Source: Vicugna vicugna
Taxonomy: Eukaryota
Reading direction: 5' to 3'
Length of the DNA: 64,000 bases
NCBI GenBank assembly: GCA_013265495.1
Contig: MU061538.1
Location: 186,001-250,000, forward strand
The position numbers and the translations under genes are program-made. Positions 23,689 to 36,283 of the stretch are shown here, piece after piece; positions within the stretch are counted from its first letter, which is position 1, and the number at the start of each line of letters is the position of its first letter. The notes below the pieces were generated by a model. It saw nothing but the letters and a program-made list of their open reading frames with translations, made no database searches and was not told the origin of the DNA.

Positions 23689-26600
23689 TCTGGAAAGTGA
23701 GCAGGATGGCCAGCGACTGGGCTGTGAAGATTCTGTCTGCCCCCTGCCCGTCAGGAGTCTGGGGGACGCAGGGGAGCAGGAGCAGCTCCCCATCCCCCAC
23801 CGTCCTCTTGCCCGGCTGTCCCCTGCACTTGGACCCGGAAGCCTGCATCCTGAAGTCACCTGCCTTTCATCCTCCCAGCCCTCAGGGTGATTGGCAGGTC
23901 ACCAGGTGGAGCGGGCAGAGTAGCTGCTGGGTGAGGACCTCGCTCACTGTCCCTGCCCCGAATTTCTAGAGAGACACCGTCTGCTCCCCCCACGTCTGGG
24001 CTGGTGGTTGCTGGTGGGTCAGGGGGCCTTGTGTGTTGGAGGCTGATGACCCTCCTCCTTTGTGCCTTCCCGGGCGCCTGTGTCGGCGTCCTCGATGTGA
24101 CCCTGGCATGGCCGTACCTGGGGTGGCTTTGTAACTAGAATCATCAACACTGGAGAGTGATGGGTGGATGGCATTGTTCTGAAAAAGCAGCAAGAGAAGT
24201 ACAAATCCCAGCAAGTAAGAAGTGTGGTTTCAGAGCCAGGCTGTGGTCTTCCCCCCATCACGGCAGTAAGGAAGCGACTCCTGAGGGCTGGTTTCTGCAC
24301 AGTGTGGTTCTGAGCCCTCTGCTGCCCACACTTCGTCCCCACCTGACATCCCGATGGTCCTCACGGAACCTGTGTTGGAGCTCCTGCTGCTGGACCCTGT
24401 CCATAGTGAGCCGCGCTGGGCTTCCCGAGTGCCTGCGTGTCCTTGGAATTTCAGGTAGTGTTGGAAGCCCCTCGGCCCCGTCCCGCCCTCCCTGGGCACA
24501 GGGGCAGCCCGTCCATGGAGTGCAGGCAAACAGTCCGGCTGGGGCCCTCGCCTGCCGGGCCTCTCCGGGGGCTCCGACAGGACACGTCCTTCCCTGGGGC
24601 CCCGCCGCCTCGTGTCCTCAGACAGCGGCCTGTGCGGAGTCTGCCTTCACCTGCACTGGGCCCTCCCCGCAGAGGAACTGGGGTGCCGGCGTGAGGAGGG
24701 TCGCTGTCTCCCTGCCAGACCTGGACTTTGCGGACAGCACCCCGTCAGGACGCACGTTTATTAAGATGCTTTCGAAATGTTATTTGGTCCTTTTCTCCCA
24801 GTTTCTAGATTGATTTATGAATTAGTTGAATTAATTCTTCAAAATCTCTCATTGTGAAGACAGAAGGGCTGATGGACCGTCTACTATGTGGAACCTGTTT
24901 GCCTGTTTCCTGTCTTGTCCAAACCAGAGCTGTTTAGTGTTTCCCTTGGGGACGTGAACTCCAGGCGCCGCTTATAGACAGCGTTTTCCGCAGGTCCCAG
25001 GGTTCCCGCCAGTGATCGCAACGTGTAGTAGCTTTCTGGTGAATGAGCAAGTTCCGTGTGTGGGTCCCACGCCCTGCGCCTCCTCCACTTGGGTCAGGGT
25101 TCTGGGCAGACCAGGCGGAGAGGTCACGCCCACGCCCACCTTTCTGGCCTGAGTCTGATACTTGTTTATGGTCAGTGTCGCTGTTGGTCTTACAATGACC
25201 AGATCTTGGTGTCTGCCTAAGAATGTCAACAACATAAAGGCAAAGAGACGTTCGGTCGTGCAGGAGTGACCAGGGCCTGAGTTAAGCCAAGTAGACCACA
25301 CGAGAGCCAAGAAATGTCCCTGCTTGAGCTTTATGTTGGAGTGGTTTCTGCTTTGCAAGTTTTTTCTTTTCCTTTCAAATGCTGAAAACGTTTGGTTTCT
25401 AAGATATTTATAGCGACCTGTTTGTCCTACATCAATATTTGGAACAACACTGATTTTCTTCCAGTTTATCCCTGTCGACTGTCAGGTAGTTGGAGGGTGT
25501 GCGTGGTCTTTGAAGCCGATACTGGGGTTTAATTAGCTCATTTCAAACCAGCCTAGACTTCCTGGGCCGACGACCGTGTCCTTCTGGGGCCGTGTCTGGG
25601 GTGCGCTTTTGCACTTAGGAGGCGCCCAGCGCTCTCACCCCGCCGTCCGGCTGCCATGGTGATGATGACTGTGGGGCTGGGTCCCGTCTGCAGGGCGGAG
25701 CGGGCCACTGTGGTCTGGCCGCAGGGCCTGGCTGTCTGTTCTCTGCTGCCCTTCCAGGCGTGGGCTCGAGCTCACCAGCCGTGGGGACGCCCGCACCCTG
25801 AAACAGCGCCTTACGGAGACGGTTGTTTGGAGAGTGGGCGTGGGTTTGTGGCAGGAACAGTTTTAAAGTTCTAACGTTTTCATGGCTGCTACTTCTCTGC
25901 TAGTAGGACTCAGGTTAGAACCGTGGCCGTGTGGAGCGAGAGCTGCTAAAGCCTCGTGGATTCTGGTCCGTCCTGCGGGAGGCGTTGGAGGAGGCCGGGC
26001 GCTGGCCCTGGGGGCCCGGGAGCTGATTGTCAGCCGTAGCCACGGGACCGCATGAGTGGTGGAACCAGCAGTGGGGCTGGTTACACCGCAGCCCAGGTGG
26101 TTTTCAGGGGTCCAGCCTGGCGTGGGCTGTTCTGGGGCACGCCCCAGTCTGTTCCCAGGCTCAGAGCCTCTGAGGGATCAACGTCTCCTTCGCCCCTGAA
26201 TCGGCAGTGACGCAGCCATGCGTTTGCGCTGGGTTGCGCCTCTCCGAGTGTTTTCGCACTTTATTTTGCTGGACTTCTGCAACAGCCCCAGACAGTTCTC
26301 GCTTAACAGATGACAGACGCGGTCTCCTAGCGGGTAATTTGGGGGAAGCAGGACACAGTCTGATCTGGAACCACGGCTGACCTGCCCTTCCTCCAGCTGA
26401 GCCGCCCTTTGCCTCTCAGAGGTGCGTGGATCGCGGTGGGTTTGCTGCTAAGACCCCTGGGACCCTGATTTGCCTCTGCTGAAGCCCTCACGGTGCTGGC
26501 AAGGGAGAGGACATGGTCGTTTACGGGTGAGACGGTGTGAGGTGAGAACCTCTGTGCTCCAAGCACTGGTGGGGCTGCAGGAACTAGCTGGTGACCGGGG

Positions 26601-27781
26601 GTCGCCTTTTTGGCCCCAAAATGGCTTTCAGGGATGGGATGAGCTAGGAGACCCTGCAGAAATCCTGGGGCCGGGGGACCCTGGACTGGCGGGCTCTAGG
26701 TTGCTCTCACCCATTAATAATAGGGAAATGACTTGTAGACGGCCCTCCCCTTCATCCACTTGGCTTGAGCTCAGTCTTGTGAAGGGGGTTTCAGACTTGT
26801 TCCAGCGTGGGAGAAACCCCCGCGGCTGGAAAATGGGTGACGCTGCGTGTGGGTGGGACCCTGGGACGTCAGACTGCTGGCAAGCCCGTGGGCTCTTTGA
26901 GGGGCAGGGGCGTGGAGGAAGGCCGGCCCCGCGGCACTCTCCGTCTCCAGAGGGAAGCTTGCCGGCTGCCTACTGCCCCTCGCGGGAGAGCGCAGCTGCC
27001 CCCCAGGGTCCCGCTGCCAGGCTGGGCTGGAGGACCACTGCCTTCCTGTCCCCGCCTCCAGTTTTGAAAAAAAGAAAAAGCTCTGTTTTTTGCTTAAAAC
27101 AAAATGGATCCTCTGAGAGGATTGGGAGAGAGAGGGAGAAACACGTGACTGTCCGAAGGGGCTAAGTGTCAGGACCTGTGTGGGCGGGCCTCAGGCTCCC
27201 CAAAGCCGGCAGCGCTGGACCCGCAGAAGTCAGCTCAGCTCAAGGTCAAGTGTCCAGTGTTTTGAACGGTGTAACGTGGCGAAGAGACTGGAAGTAGCAC
27301 AAGATTAATGGATACATTAAAATAGCGATCACGCAGGCTGCGGTCCAGGTGCGGACTGGCCATATCAAGTCTGACTGCCAGGGTGCTGAGACCTCCGGGG
27401 CCTGTCCCCACAGAGACCAGCCAGGGTGGGGGCGCTCGGGTCCCGCCCACCCCCTGAAGTGTTGTCGGGTCCCCAGGATGCCCTGGCTGCCTGGGGAGGG
27501 GGGCTCAGCTGGGTGTGGAGCAGACCCTCCCCGCCCCCGTGCCATCTCTGCTCCTTAGGTTCTGTGCGGTGTGCGCGCAGGGCTGGGTGCCTCCCTGTCT
27601 ATATGACACCCACTGTTACGCGGGTGCCTGACCTTGCTCTGCCCAGTGGTCATTGGCACTGTCCTTGCCTCGGCCCCCCGGCCTGCCCCTCCCGCCCCAC
27701 CGTTTGTTCCTCTGCTGCTGGGCCCTGTCCCGTCGATGAGCGGACGGTGTTCAGGTTGTTTTCAGGGTCTGGCTGCTGCAG

Positions 27782-27919
27782 GCTGGCTGCTCTGACCCCT
27801 GTGCTGGCTGCTCTGATGACCCCTGTGCTGGCTGCTCTGACGACCCCTGTGCTGGCTGCTCTGACCCCTGTGCTGGCTGCTCTGACCTCTGTGCTGGCTG
27901 CTCTGACCCCTGTGCTGGC
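27782..27919. repeat. 21/24-bp minisatellite, 6 copies (gctggctgctctgacccctgt)
   Basis: Unit lengths are 21, 24, 24, 21, 21 and 21. The 24-mers carry a 3-nt insertion. Confidence 0.95.
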
Positions 27920-28869
27920 CTGGGAGGCTGGCCCACCTCCCCGTGAGGGGCGGGTGGGCTCTCCTGGGGCCCCTCCCTGGGAAGCTCCCTTGCGTCAGGT
28001 TACCTGAGATTCTGGTAAGACGCAGAAATGTCAGACATCAAAATAAATGAAAAATGGATTATCCCATCCACCGCTAGGAAAACATGCCGTCGTCTTTTCA
28101 AGCAGTCCGCTCCTGTCGGCCAGTCTTAGCTCTTCAGAAAATGGAGCACGTTTTCTGTCCTTTTCCCAGGTGTTGAGACAGAGGCTGTGACCTGGTCTGA
28201 TCATAACTTCTGTGCAGACGGGATCTCTTCCGTCTACTTTATTATCCTCCAGCATGCCAGACCCTGTGATGACGGCAGGAAATTCCCCATTCCTTGTGTT
28301 TCCCTTTGGCTGGGTTTTCCCTCTCACTTGCCAAGCCGCCTGAATGAATGCCCTGTGGCCGCTGTGGTGACCTGGTAGGATCCTGCTGTCCTTCCCTGTC
28401 TCAGGGAACAGAAGTGCACTCCAGCATTAGCAGGACCCCTGCGGGTTGGGGGGCGGGGCCCAGTGGTCAGTCTCACGTGTCCGTGCTCAGGTCGTCAACT
28501 CCAGCTGCTGGTCTGGCTCTGGCCGGGTGCGGACTTCAACTCAACCACTGCCTCACGAGCCTCCTCCTGGCCGGGTGGGCTGGGGGTCGGGGCTGGGGTC
28601 CGGAGCTGCTGCCCCCAGCCACAAAGGTGTATCGACAAGGTGCGCTTGTTTCTTCCTTAAAAGGAACCGCCAAAGAGCCAGACCCAAGGCTCATGCCTTT
28701 TTGGGTCTGTTGCCCGTGGATTACCGTTTTCTTGTCCTTAATCTGAAAGCCTGGAGCCGCTGGTGCGCCTGCTGTGTGCGTTCGTTCCCTTTGTACACGC
28801 GTGTGCACGTGAAGTCTGTGGCACGAGCACTGGGCCGGAAGCCAGGAAACAGGCTGTCCGGGCCCTGCC

Positions 28870-28950
28870 TTCTGTTTAAGCAGCTTTCCCACTGAAGCGG
28901 CCGTTTTCTCACCTGTGAAATGAGGAGCTCAGCTCTGTCCGGGACTCACC
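28870..28950 (+). mobile_element. MIR core relic
   Basis: gttttctcacctgtgaaatgaggag matches the MIR core cagtttcctcatctgtaaaatgggg. Confidence 0.55.
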
Positions 28951-28954
28951 CGCC

Positions 28955-29130
28955 GTGGCTGCTCCCGAGAAGCGCCTGGAAGCTTTGAAACCATTGCTGG
29001 CCAGGCTGGCCCCGCAGGGTTGAATCAGAATCTGGGGGTGGGGGTGGGCTGGGCGTCAGGTTTCTTTCTTCTTCTTCTTTTCTTAAGCTTCTGAAGTGGC
29101 TGTAACGTGTAGTCAGAGCTGAAAACCCCG
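28955..29130. mobile_element. MER5-like DNA transposon relic
   Basis: gaagcgcctggaagctttgaaacc...tgaatcagaatctgggggtgggggtgggctgggcgtcag...taagcttctgaagtggctgtaacgtgtagtcagagctgaaaacc. Confidence 0.6.
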
Positions 29131-32100
29131 GGGCCAGGAGGTTCTTGAGGCCCTTCGGCCCCTGCAGGTTCCCTGACGTCTGCGCTGAGAGCCAGCTGTG
29201 CTTTCTGCCGCGAAGCCAGAGGCACGGAGCGGAGCTCAGCGCCTCGTGACAGCTTGTCTGGTCTGTTAGCAGAGCACGTTAGTGTGAAAGGTGCTCCTCT
29301 GTGGATGTGCAAATCAATGCAAATGACTGACCTGCCGTTTAAGGAACTGCGGATTGCAGCGCAGGACTGTCTCAGGTAAGCAGCCCCGGCCCGCCGAGCG
29401 GCGGCGTTATGCGCTTTGTCGCTGAGGGCGCTAGCCGGAGACGCAGAGGACCGGAAGCGCGGCAGTTATGACCAGGGCCTGCACAGGCTTCGCAGCGTGT
29501 GGGACGTTTACGCGCCTTCTCACTTGAACCAGACACTGCCCCCGGCCTGGCTGATTGGGAAGCTGTGGTTTCGTCAGAGAAACAGGCTGGGGAGGTGGGG
29601 ACCCGGGAGTGTAAACAGCTCGAGACAACCCAACCTCACCCAGCGAGGCCAGATCCAGCGGGGCGCCCAAGTCTTCGGCAGCAGAATCACCTGAGTTCTG
29701 TGGCCACGCGCAGAGAGGACATGAAGTCGGCTTTGCTTCGTGGGTCCTCTCGTCCCTGCCAGACGCATCAGGCGGCAGAGGGACCACCGGGTGGAGGGGA
29801 GGGATCTGGGTTCCAGGTCTGCACATGGGTCCCCAGGCGAGCAGCCTCGCACGTGAGCCCATGGGCGCTCGACGCGGCAGGTGAGGGGGTCCGGGACCAC
29901 GTCCAAGGCCAGCACTGCGTGGCGCGGGACTGGGTCTCAGCGGGTGTCTCCTGGAGGCTGTTGGACACACACTTTTAGGGCAGCGTCCGGTGTGGGCATC
30001 TGTCACCGACCTGGACAGTGGTTCTTGTGCGTGTGGCTTGTGGTCTGTCTGCTCCTGGACGTGAGCTGCCCGGGCAGGGGCTCGACTGCTGGATGGTTGG
30101 TGTTTCTGGTGTCTACACTGTGCCCACCGCAGACCAGGTCAAAGGAGACACCAGTATTTACCTTGCATTTATGAGACAAGGAGTTTTAAAGTTTCCCTTA
30201 ATTAACTTTATCAAGGTAACTCATAAACATGGCTTTAAATAGTCAGTTGACACGAGGTTCCAACAGACGCGGCAGACCTCCCCCGCCCCTCGCAGGCTGC
30301 CGTCCTGTCTGAGGTCCGTCCTGTCCAGGAGGGAGGCCAGATCCCTGCGCCCTTCCCAGGCCTGCGTGGAGCCCTCGCGTCAGAGCGCAGCCTCTGGCCC
30401 CCCGCAGCGTAAGCACTTGCAGCCCCGCGGGCTTCGGGGGCAGCGAGGTCCTCTCGGACCCCTTGGCTACCGCGGGGGCCCAGCTGGCGCTGTGGGAATT
30501 CCTGGATGGGGCTTTCTCGGGCAGGGGTCAGGGACGCTGGACTGGAGCACAGCCTTCGATGAGGGAGGGGAAGGGCGGTGTCTTCCGGCGGAGATGGAAG
30601 CACAGCCACACTAGGGGAGGTGGGCGGGTTGGGGTGGGTACAGACGGACAGCAGGCGTCCCAGCGAGGGCGCCACGAGGCCAGAAGGCCGTCCACTGCCC
30701 AAGGAGGTGGGAGACTCCTGTTTCAGTTCCTCCCTGATTTGAGGAGGGTCGTGGACGGGCTTCTTAAAGTCAGCAGGTAAGAAGGGCAGGTGTGGGGACA
30801 GGTGATGTGCTGAGGTGTGTTGGACCACGTGGGGAGTCTGCCCAGCGCTGCCTCACGTGCCGAGGTGGCCTGTGTCCGGAAGCCTGGCCCTCTTTCCTTC
30901 CTCAGGGCTGGCTCACACTCGGGCCTGAGTTCACTCCCTGTTTCTCAGGGGCCTCCTGCCTGCGGTGCTGCGAGTGCCCGCTCTCTGGACGGCAAGGTGT
31001 CCCCGCCCCAGGCTAGTCTGCCCCCTCCGGTCATCCGATCCCTGCACTGGGTCTCACGGCTGCTCTTCTGGGGGAGCGAGCAGGTGCCCCCTTCGTCCAG
31101 CCCACGTCCCGTGAAAAGAAATGGGGCCAGTCTGCACGCAAGTCCACGCGTGATGCGCTTGGCCCCTGGGCATCCTCCGGGACGTGGGGAGCCTGCAGGG
31201 TGTCGTGCACGCGTCTGAGATTTGGCTGCACACACGAGTGTTTGTAGCACCTCCTGACATTTATGTACGTTCTGCATATTGTCGTTGGCGGTGAGGACCG
31301 TGGGGAAGGCCGGACCCTGCAGAAGAGCTGGGATCCAGTCGAACTCAATGAAAATCCTACGGGTTCCTCTTGGCAGATGCAGGTGAAAAAGCCTAATACA
31401 GAGTAATAATTACTACAAGTCACTCAAGAGTTTTTCCTACACGATCCTGTTCTCAAACGTTAACCGATTCCTTGAAGATCCAAGTTTCAAAAAAATGTAC
31501 TTTGGTTTTCTCATTCACGTCCATTTATCCTAAGACACATGTGTGGGAGTCACTGCCCTGTGGGGTGAGGTGCCGCCCGGACGTGCGGGTGGCAGGACCC
31601 GGCTCTGCCCTGGCCGCCAGCCGTCGCCGGAGTCACCGTGAGGCTGCGGGTGTCGGTGCTGGGGCGGCGGCCTGTTGGCGTTGCTTGTTTTAAGAAACGG
31701 TGCCGACTGGCAAGGTCTAAAGTGCAGAGTGTTATGGAGGTTTTATTCATTATTTTGCGTCACACAGGTAATGATCTTCATCAACCACTGGGACGTGCAG
31801 AAGAGCAGAGAGAAGATAAGGGGCCCGCGGCCTCTCCGTGGGCGGCTTGGTTTTAATCTCTTTGTTCTGGTGTTTTTCCTGCATGTGGGCACGTTTCATA
31901 ACTTTACATTCTGCTTTAGAATGCTCTCTTGAATTTATATAATAAGTATTTCCCATCTTACTTCACTCTCTTCCTAAGTACAACCTTTAACAGAGTGAAT
32001 AGTTTTGAGCCATTGAATTAGTAACCCAAGTCACAATCCCTCTTCACTGCACGGAAGACCCGTCCATCCGTCCCTTCATTCACTCGCTGTTGTGTGGAGA

Positions 32101-33200
32101 CACTTGTTCACGAGGTCAGTGCCAGAAACTGGCCAGGCTGGGCTTTGACGCCCCCAGGGGGGGTGCAGGGACGCGGGGAGGGGACATCTGTGTGGTCACG
32201 ATGGAAACACTGTCCCACCCAAAGGGTGTCTCTGCTTCTCCTGAAACAAAGCAGAGGCTTTTAAAGTTGATGTGGAGAAACTCATTTTGTGGGATTCTGT
32301 AAAACCAGCAGAAAAGCTGGAGAAAGTACAGGAAGCTTCCGGCAGAAGACACCAGGGAGCTAGAAACAGCCAGGGCTCTGCCGGGAGCCGGGGTCTCGGG
32401 AGGGGGACCAGCTTGGGCGAATGACTGACCTGTGCTGCGGAGGGCGGGGAGGGGCAGGACCAGAACTGTGGGGGCTCAAGGGCGCTCATCCAGGGCCTGC
32501 TGGGGGTGACTGTCCCCGTGGGCCAGCGAGGCTTCGGGTCGGGGCCCCTGACGGATTCAGAGCACAGCAGGGGTCGTCACCCCGGGTGAAGTCAGCCCGG
32601 CCTGGGTGGATGCAGGCCCCGCCCCGCCCCTCTGGCTGCCGGGGGCTGGAGGGAAGGGTGTCCGGGGTGAGGTCAGCTGGAGCCCGTTCCACATCCCACG
32701 CACTCCATCCACATTCGGTCAGAGCAGCCTCGTGTGAGGGGACAGGCCTGAGAGGAGACAGGCAGGTGGCGGAGCCAGGTGTAGAGGCTTCGCGGTGCTG
32801 AAGTCGTCGGCCTCTGACGCTGAGGTGCGATAATTCAGATTTTGGAAACAACAGGTGACAACTGGGGAATTCCAGAGCAGCTCAGTCCGTACAAAGAATG
32901 CATGGCAATCCCAGCCCTGAGCGGCGCAGGGCATGGAGGGGCACAGCCGGCCGGCTTGACATAGGGCAGACGCAGCGGATGCAGTGGGTCAGAGGACCAC
33001 GTCCAGAGAGGACAAAGGCGGAGAATGTGGCTGGAGAGGGAGGGACCTGTGGACGGTGTGAGGAGGAAGCTTTTTGTGAACCAAGCCCACAGGTGGGAGG
33101 CTGGTGGGCAGAGCGGCATGTGGAGAGAGAGACGAACAGCTTCCCGAAACGTGACAGGCGTCAGGCAGGATTTCGAGGCGCATGATGACTGCCAAGAGGA

Positions 33201-33256
33201 ACACACACACACACACACACATGCACGCACACACATGTGCACGCACACACACGCAC
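33201..33256. repeat. (CA)n microsatellite with an imperfect tail
   Basis: About 10 perfect AC units followed by atgcacgcacacacatgtgc... Confidence 0.9.
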
Positions 33257-34686
33257 CTGGGGAACTGCGCAGTGCGGCTGTCGAGGACACAGATTAAACC
33301 TTGTAGCCCTGAGGCCACATACGCCTGCGGTAGGGGCTGCAGCCTCGCCCCACCCTGTCTCCACCACACGCGGGCCCTTGGCCGAGTCCCCTGTGTCCTG
33401 GGGGGACCTCCTGCCCCACAGCCTCACTCTGCACGCGACCACTGACTTTCCTTCGCCCGTCAGTCGCGGATGGAACAGTAGAGGTGCTGGTCCTGACCAG
33501 GGCCCCTCGGGCTTGGCTGACACTGTCGTGAGGGTGCAGTCGAGCCAGCCCCGCCCGAGGAGGAGGGCACGGGAGCAAGGCCACCAGCGGGCCCCACTCA
33601 CAAGCGGGTGGGAAACTGCACGTGTCCCTTGTTTGGAGCCCTGGCCTGGGGGGCCCTCCTTACGCAGCTGACGACCAGCTTTGACAGAGTCGGGGTGGTC
33701 AGAACCATGGAACGCCGTCTTTAAGGAACTGAAAGAACATTACTGCCGACCTAAACTGCTCTACCCAGGGGAAGGGCCTTTCCAAGGGGAAGGGGAGCCA
33801 ACGACGTCTTGGGCAGTCGAAGAACCGAGAGGACTTCTTGCAGCTGCCCTGACCCCGCAGCCACCCCCGGAGGTCTTCAGGGAGGAAGTCTGTGCCCCCA
33901 GACGGGGACAGGGGCACGGCGTGGAGTCAGCGGGGCGACCTCTCGGGACCCTGCCCCGAGGCCACAAGGGGCGAGTTGTGGGGAAGGCTGTTCCCAGGTG
34001 GGAAGCCTAATGTGACAGCGAGGCTGTCTCTCTGAGTAACTTTATGTTTAAGGGATGCATGGTTGCCCCTGAAACTATGCAAACGGTTCTAAAGTTGCTG
34101 TTGAGAAGCAGCGGGAAGGCGGAGAGCAGGACAGGTGGGGCCGTGGCTCCATGCAGGAGTCTTCACACCGTGAACAGACAGGCGGGGCGGAGGGAGACGA
34201 CAGGCAACCGCGAGACAGGCTCCCGTGCGTGTGGTGCTCAGTCTGCGGTGATGACAGCGTTTAGAGTCTGTGGGGAAAAGATGTGTCACCCAGTGGTGAT
34301 CTGGGGACAGCTGGCCAGACGTTTGGAAAGTTTGTAGCCGGATTCCCCCCAGTCGCCTTACCCCCAAATAAAACCCAGATGCTCAAGGACTTAGAAGTGT
34401 GATGGATTTTACATGCACCAGAAGAAAACTTGGGGGAGTTCTTAATAGTATTGTCAGAGAATTTTTTAAAGCAAGACAGAAAAGCTAATACCTAAGAACA
34501 TTTAAAGTGCATGTGCCTCTACCCGCCAGGCCCACCCCTGTGACATTCCGTGACTGTGCTGACCTGTGTGTGGGGGTAACCAAATGTGAAACGAAATGTT
34601 GGAATAGGGGGAACCCACTAACGCCCTGAATGTTCTGCAAACCATGGTTTATCCTGTGTATGTGCAGATACAGAAGGACCTCAAGA

Positions 34687-35719
34687 GGCTTGTAAGTTTA
34701 ATTAGGTCCCATTTGTTTATTCTTGCTTTTGTTTCTACTTCTTGGGTAGGCTGCCCTAGGAGAGCATTTTTGAGGTGTATGTTAGATAATGTTTTGCCTA
34801 TGTTTTCCTCTAGGAGGTTTATTGTATCTTGTTTTATGTTTAAGTCTTTGATCCATCTTGAGTTGATTTTTGTGTGTGGTGTAAGGGAGTGCTCTAGCTT
34901 CATTGCTTTACGTGCTGCTGTCCAGTTTTCCCAGCACCATTTGCTGAAGAGACTGTCTTTATTCTATTGTATATTCTTGCCTTCTTTGTTGAAGATGAGT
35001 TGACCAAAAGTTTGTGGGTTCTTTTCTGGGCTCTCTATTCTGTTCCATTGGTCTATATGTCTGTTTTTGTACCAATACCATGCTGTCTTGATGACTGTAG
35101 CTCTATAGTATTGTCTGAAGTCTGGGAGAGTTATTCCTCCAGCCTCACTCCAACCTCTTCTCTTCAGTAATGCTTTGGCAATTCTAGGTCTTTTGTGGTT
35201 CCATATAAATTTTATTATGATTTGTTCTAGTTCTGTGAAATATGTCCTGGGTAATTTGATAGGGATTGCATTAAATCTGTAGATTGCCATTTTAATAATA
35301 TTGATCTTCCAATCCAGGAGCATGGGATATCTTTCCATTTTTTAAAGTCTTCTTTAATTTCCTTCATCAATGGTTTATAGTTTTCTGTGTATAATTCTTT
35401 CACCTCCTTGGTTAGATTTATTCCCAGATATTTTATTACTTTGGGTGCTATTTTAAAGGGGATTGTTTCTTTATTTTCTTTTTCTGTTGATTCATCGTTA
35501 GTGTAAAGAAATGCAACTGATTTTTTAACGTTAATCTTGTAACCTGCTACCTTGCTGAATTCTTCGATCAGCTCTAGTAGCTTTTGTGTGGACCTTTTAG
35601 GGTTTTCTATATATAGTAACATGTCATCAGCATATAGTGACACTTTTACCCCTTCTTTTCCAATTTGGATCCCTCTCTTGTCTGAGTGCTGTGGCCAGGA
35701 CTTCCAAGACTATGTTGAA
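34687..35719 (-). mobile_element. Inverted 5' segment of a young L1 (ORF2 reverse transcriptase to post-RT region, frameshifted)
   Basis: Minus-strand ORFs give [15 protein letters not shown]...KSVAFLYTN...[28 protein letters not shown]...[19 protein letters not shown] and LTPHTKINSRWIKDLN...WDLIKL, all L1 ORF2 motifs including YADD. Confidence 0.95.
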
Positions 35720-36283
35720 CCTGCACCCCAATGTTCATAGCAGCATTATTTACAACAGCCAAGACATGGAGACAGCCTAAATGTCCATCAACACATGACT
35801 GGATAAAGAAGACGTGGTATATTTATACAACGGAATACTACTCAGCCATAAAAACCAACAACATAACACCATTTGCAGCAACATGGTTGTTCCTGGAGAA
35901 TGTCATTCTAAGTGAAGGAAGCCAGAAAGAGAAAGAAAAATATCATATGAGATCGCTCATATGTGGAATCTAAAAAACAAACAAACAAAGCATAAATACA
36001 AAACAGAAACAGAACCATAGACATAGAACACAAACTTGTGGTTGCCAAGGGGGCAGAGGATGGGAAGGGATAGATGGGATTTCAAAATTGTAGAATAGAT
36101 AAACAAGATTATACTGTGTAGCACAGGGAAATATATACAAGATCTTATGGTAGCTCACAGAGAAAAAATTGTGACAATAAATATGTATATGTTCATGGAT
36201 AACTGAAAAATTGTGCTCTACACTGGAATTTGACACAACATTGTAAAATGATTATAAATCAATAAAAAATGTAAAAAAAAAAA
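35720..36283 (+). mobile_element. Non-inverted 3' segment of the same young L1 (ORF2 end, camelid-like 3' UTR, poly-A)
   Basis: Encodes [19 protein letters not shown]...IYTTEYYSAIK...KYHMRSLICGI*. AATAAA at 36261 is followed by an A tail. The 15-bp TSD is agaaggacctcaaga (34672-34686) / agaaagatctcaaga (36284-36298). Confidence 0.95.

Noticed and set aside
27372..27390. REST/RE1-like half-sites (ggtgctga here and near 32795; ttcagcacc near 47543)
   Set aside because: Only one half matches or the spacing is wrong; no full RE1 element is present.
30727..30776. 50-nt AG...GTAAG pseudo-exon
   Set aside because: The acceptor is weak and the length shifts the frame; there is no other support.
34649..35973. 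L1 ORF2 fragments as a functional reverse transcriptase gene
   Set aside because: The sequence is truncated, inverted, frameshifted and internally deleted.
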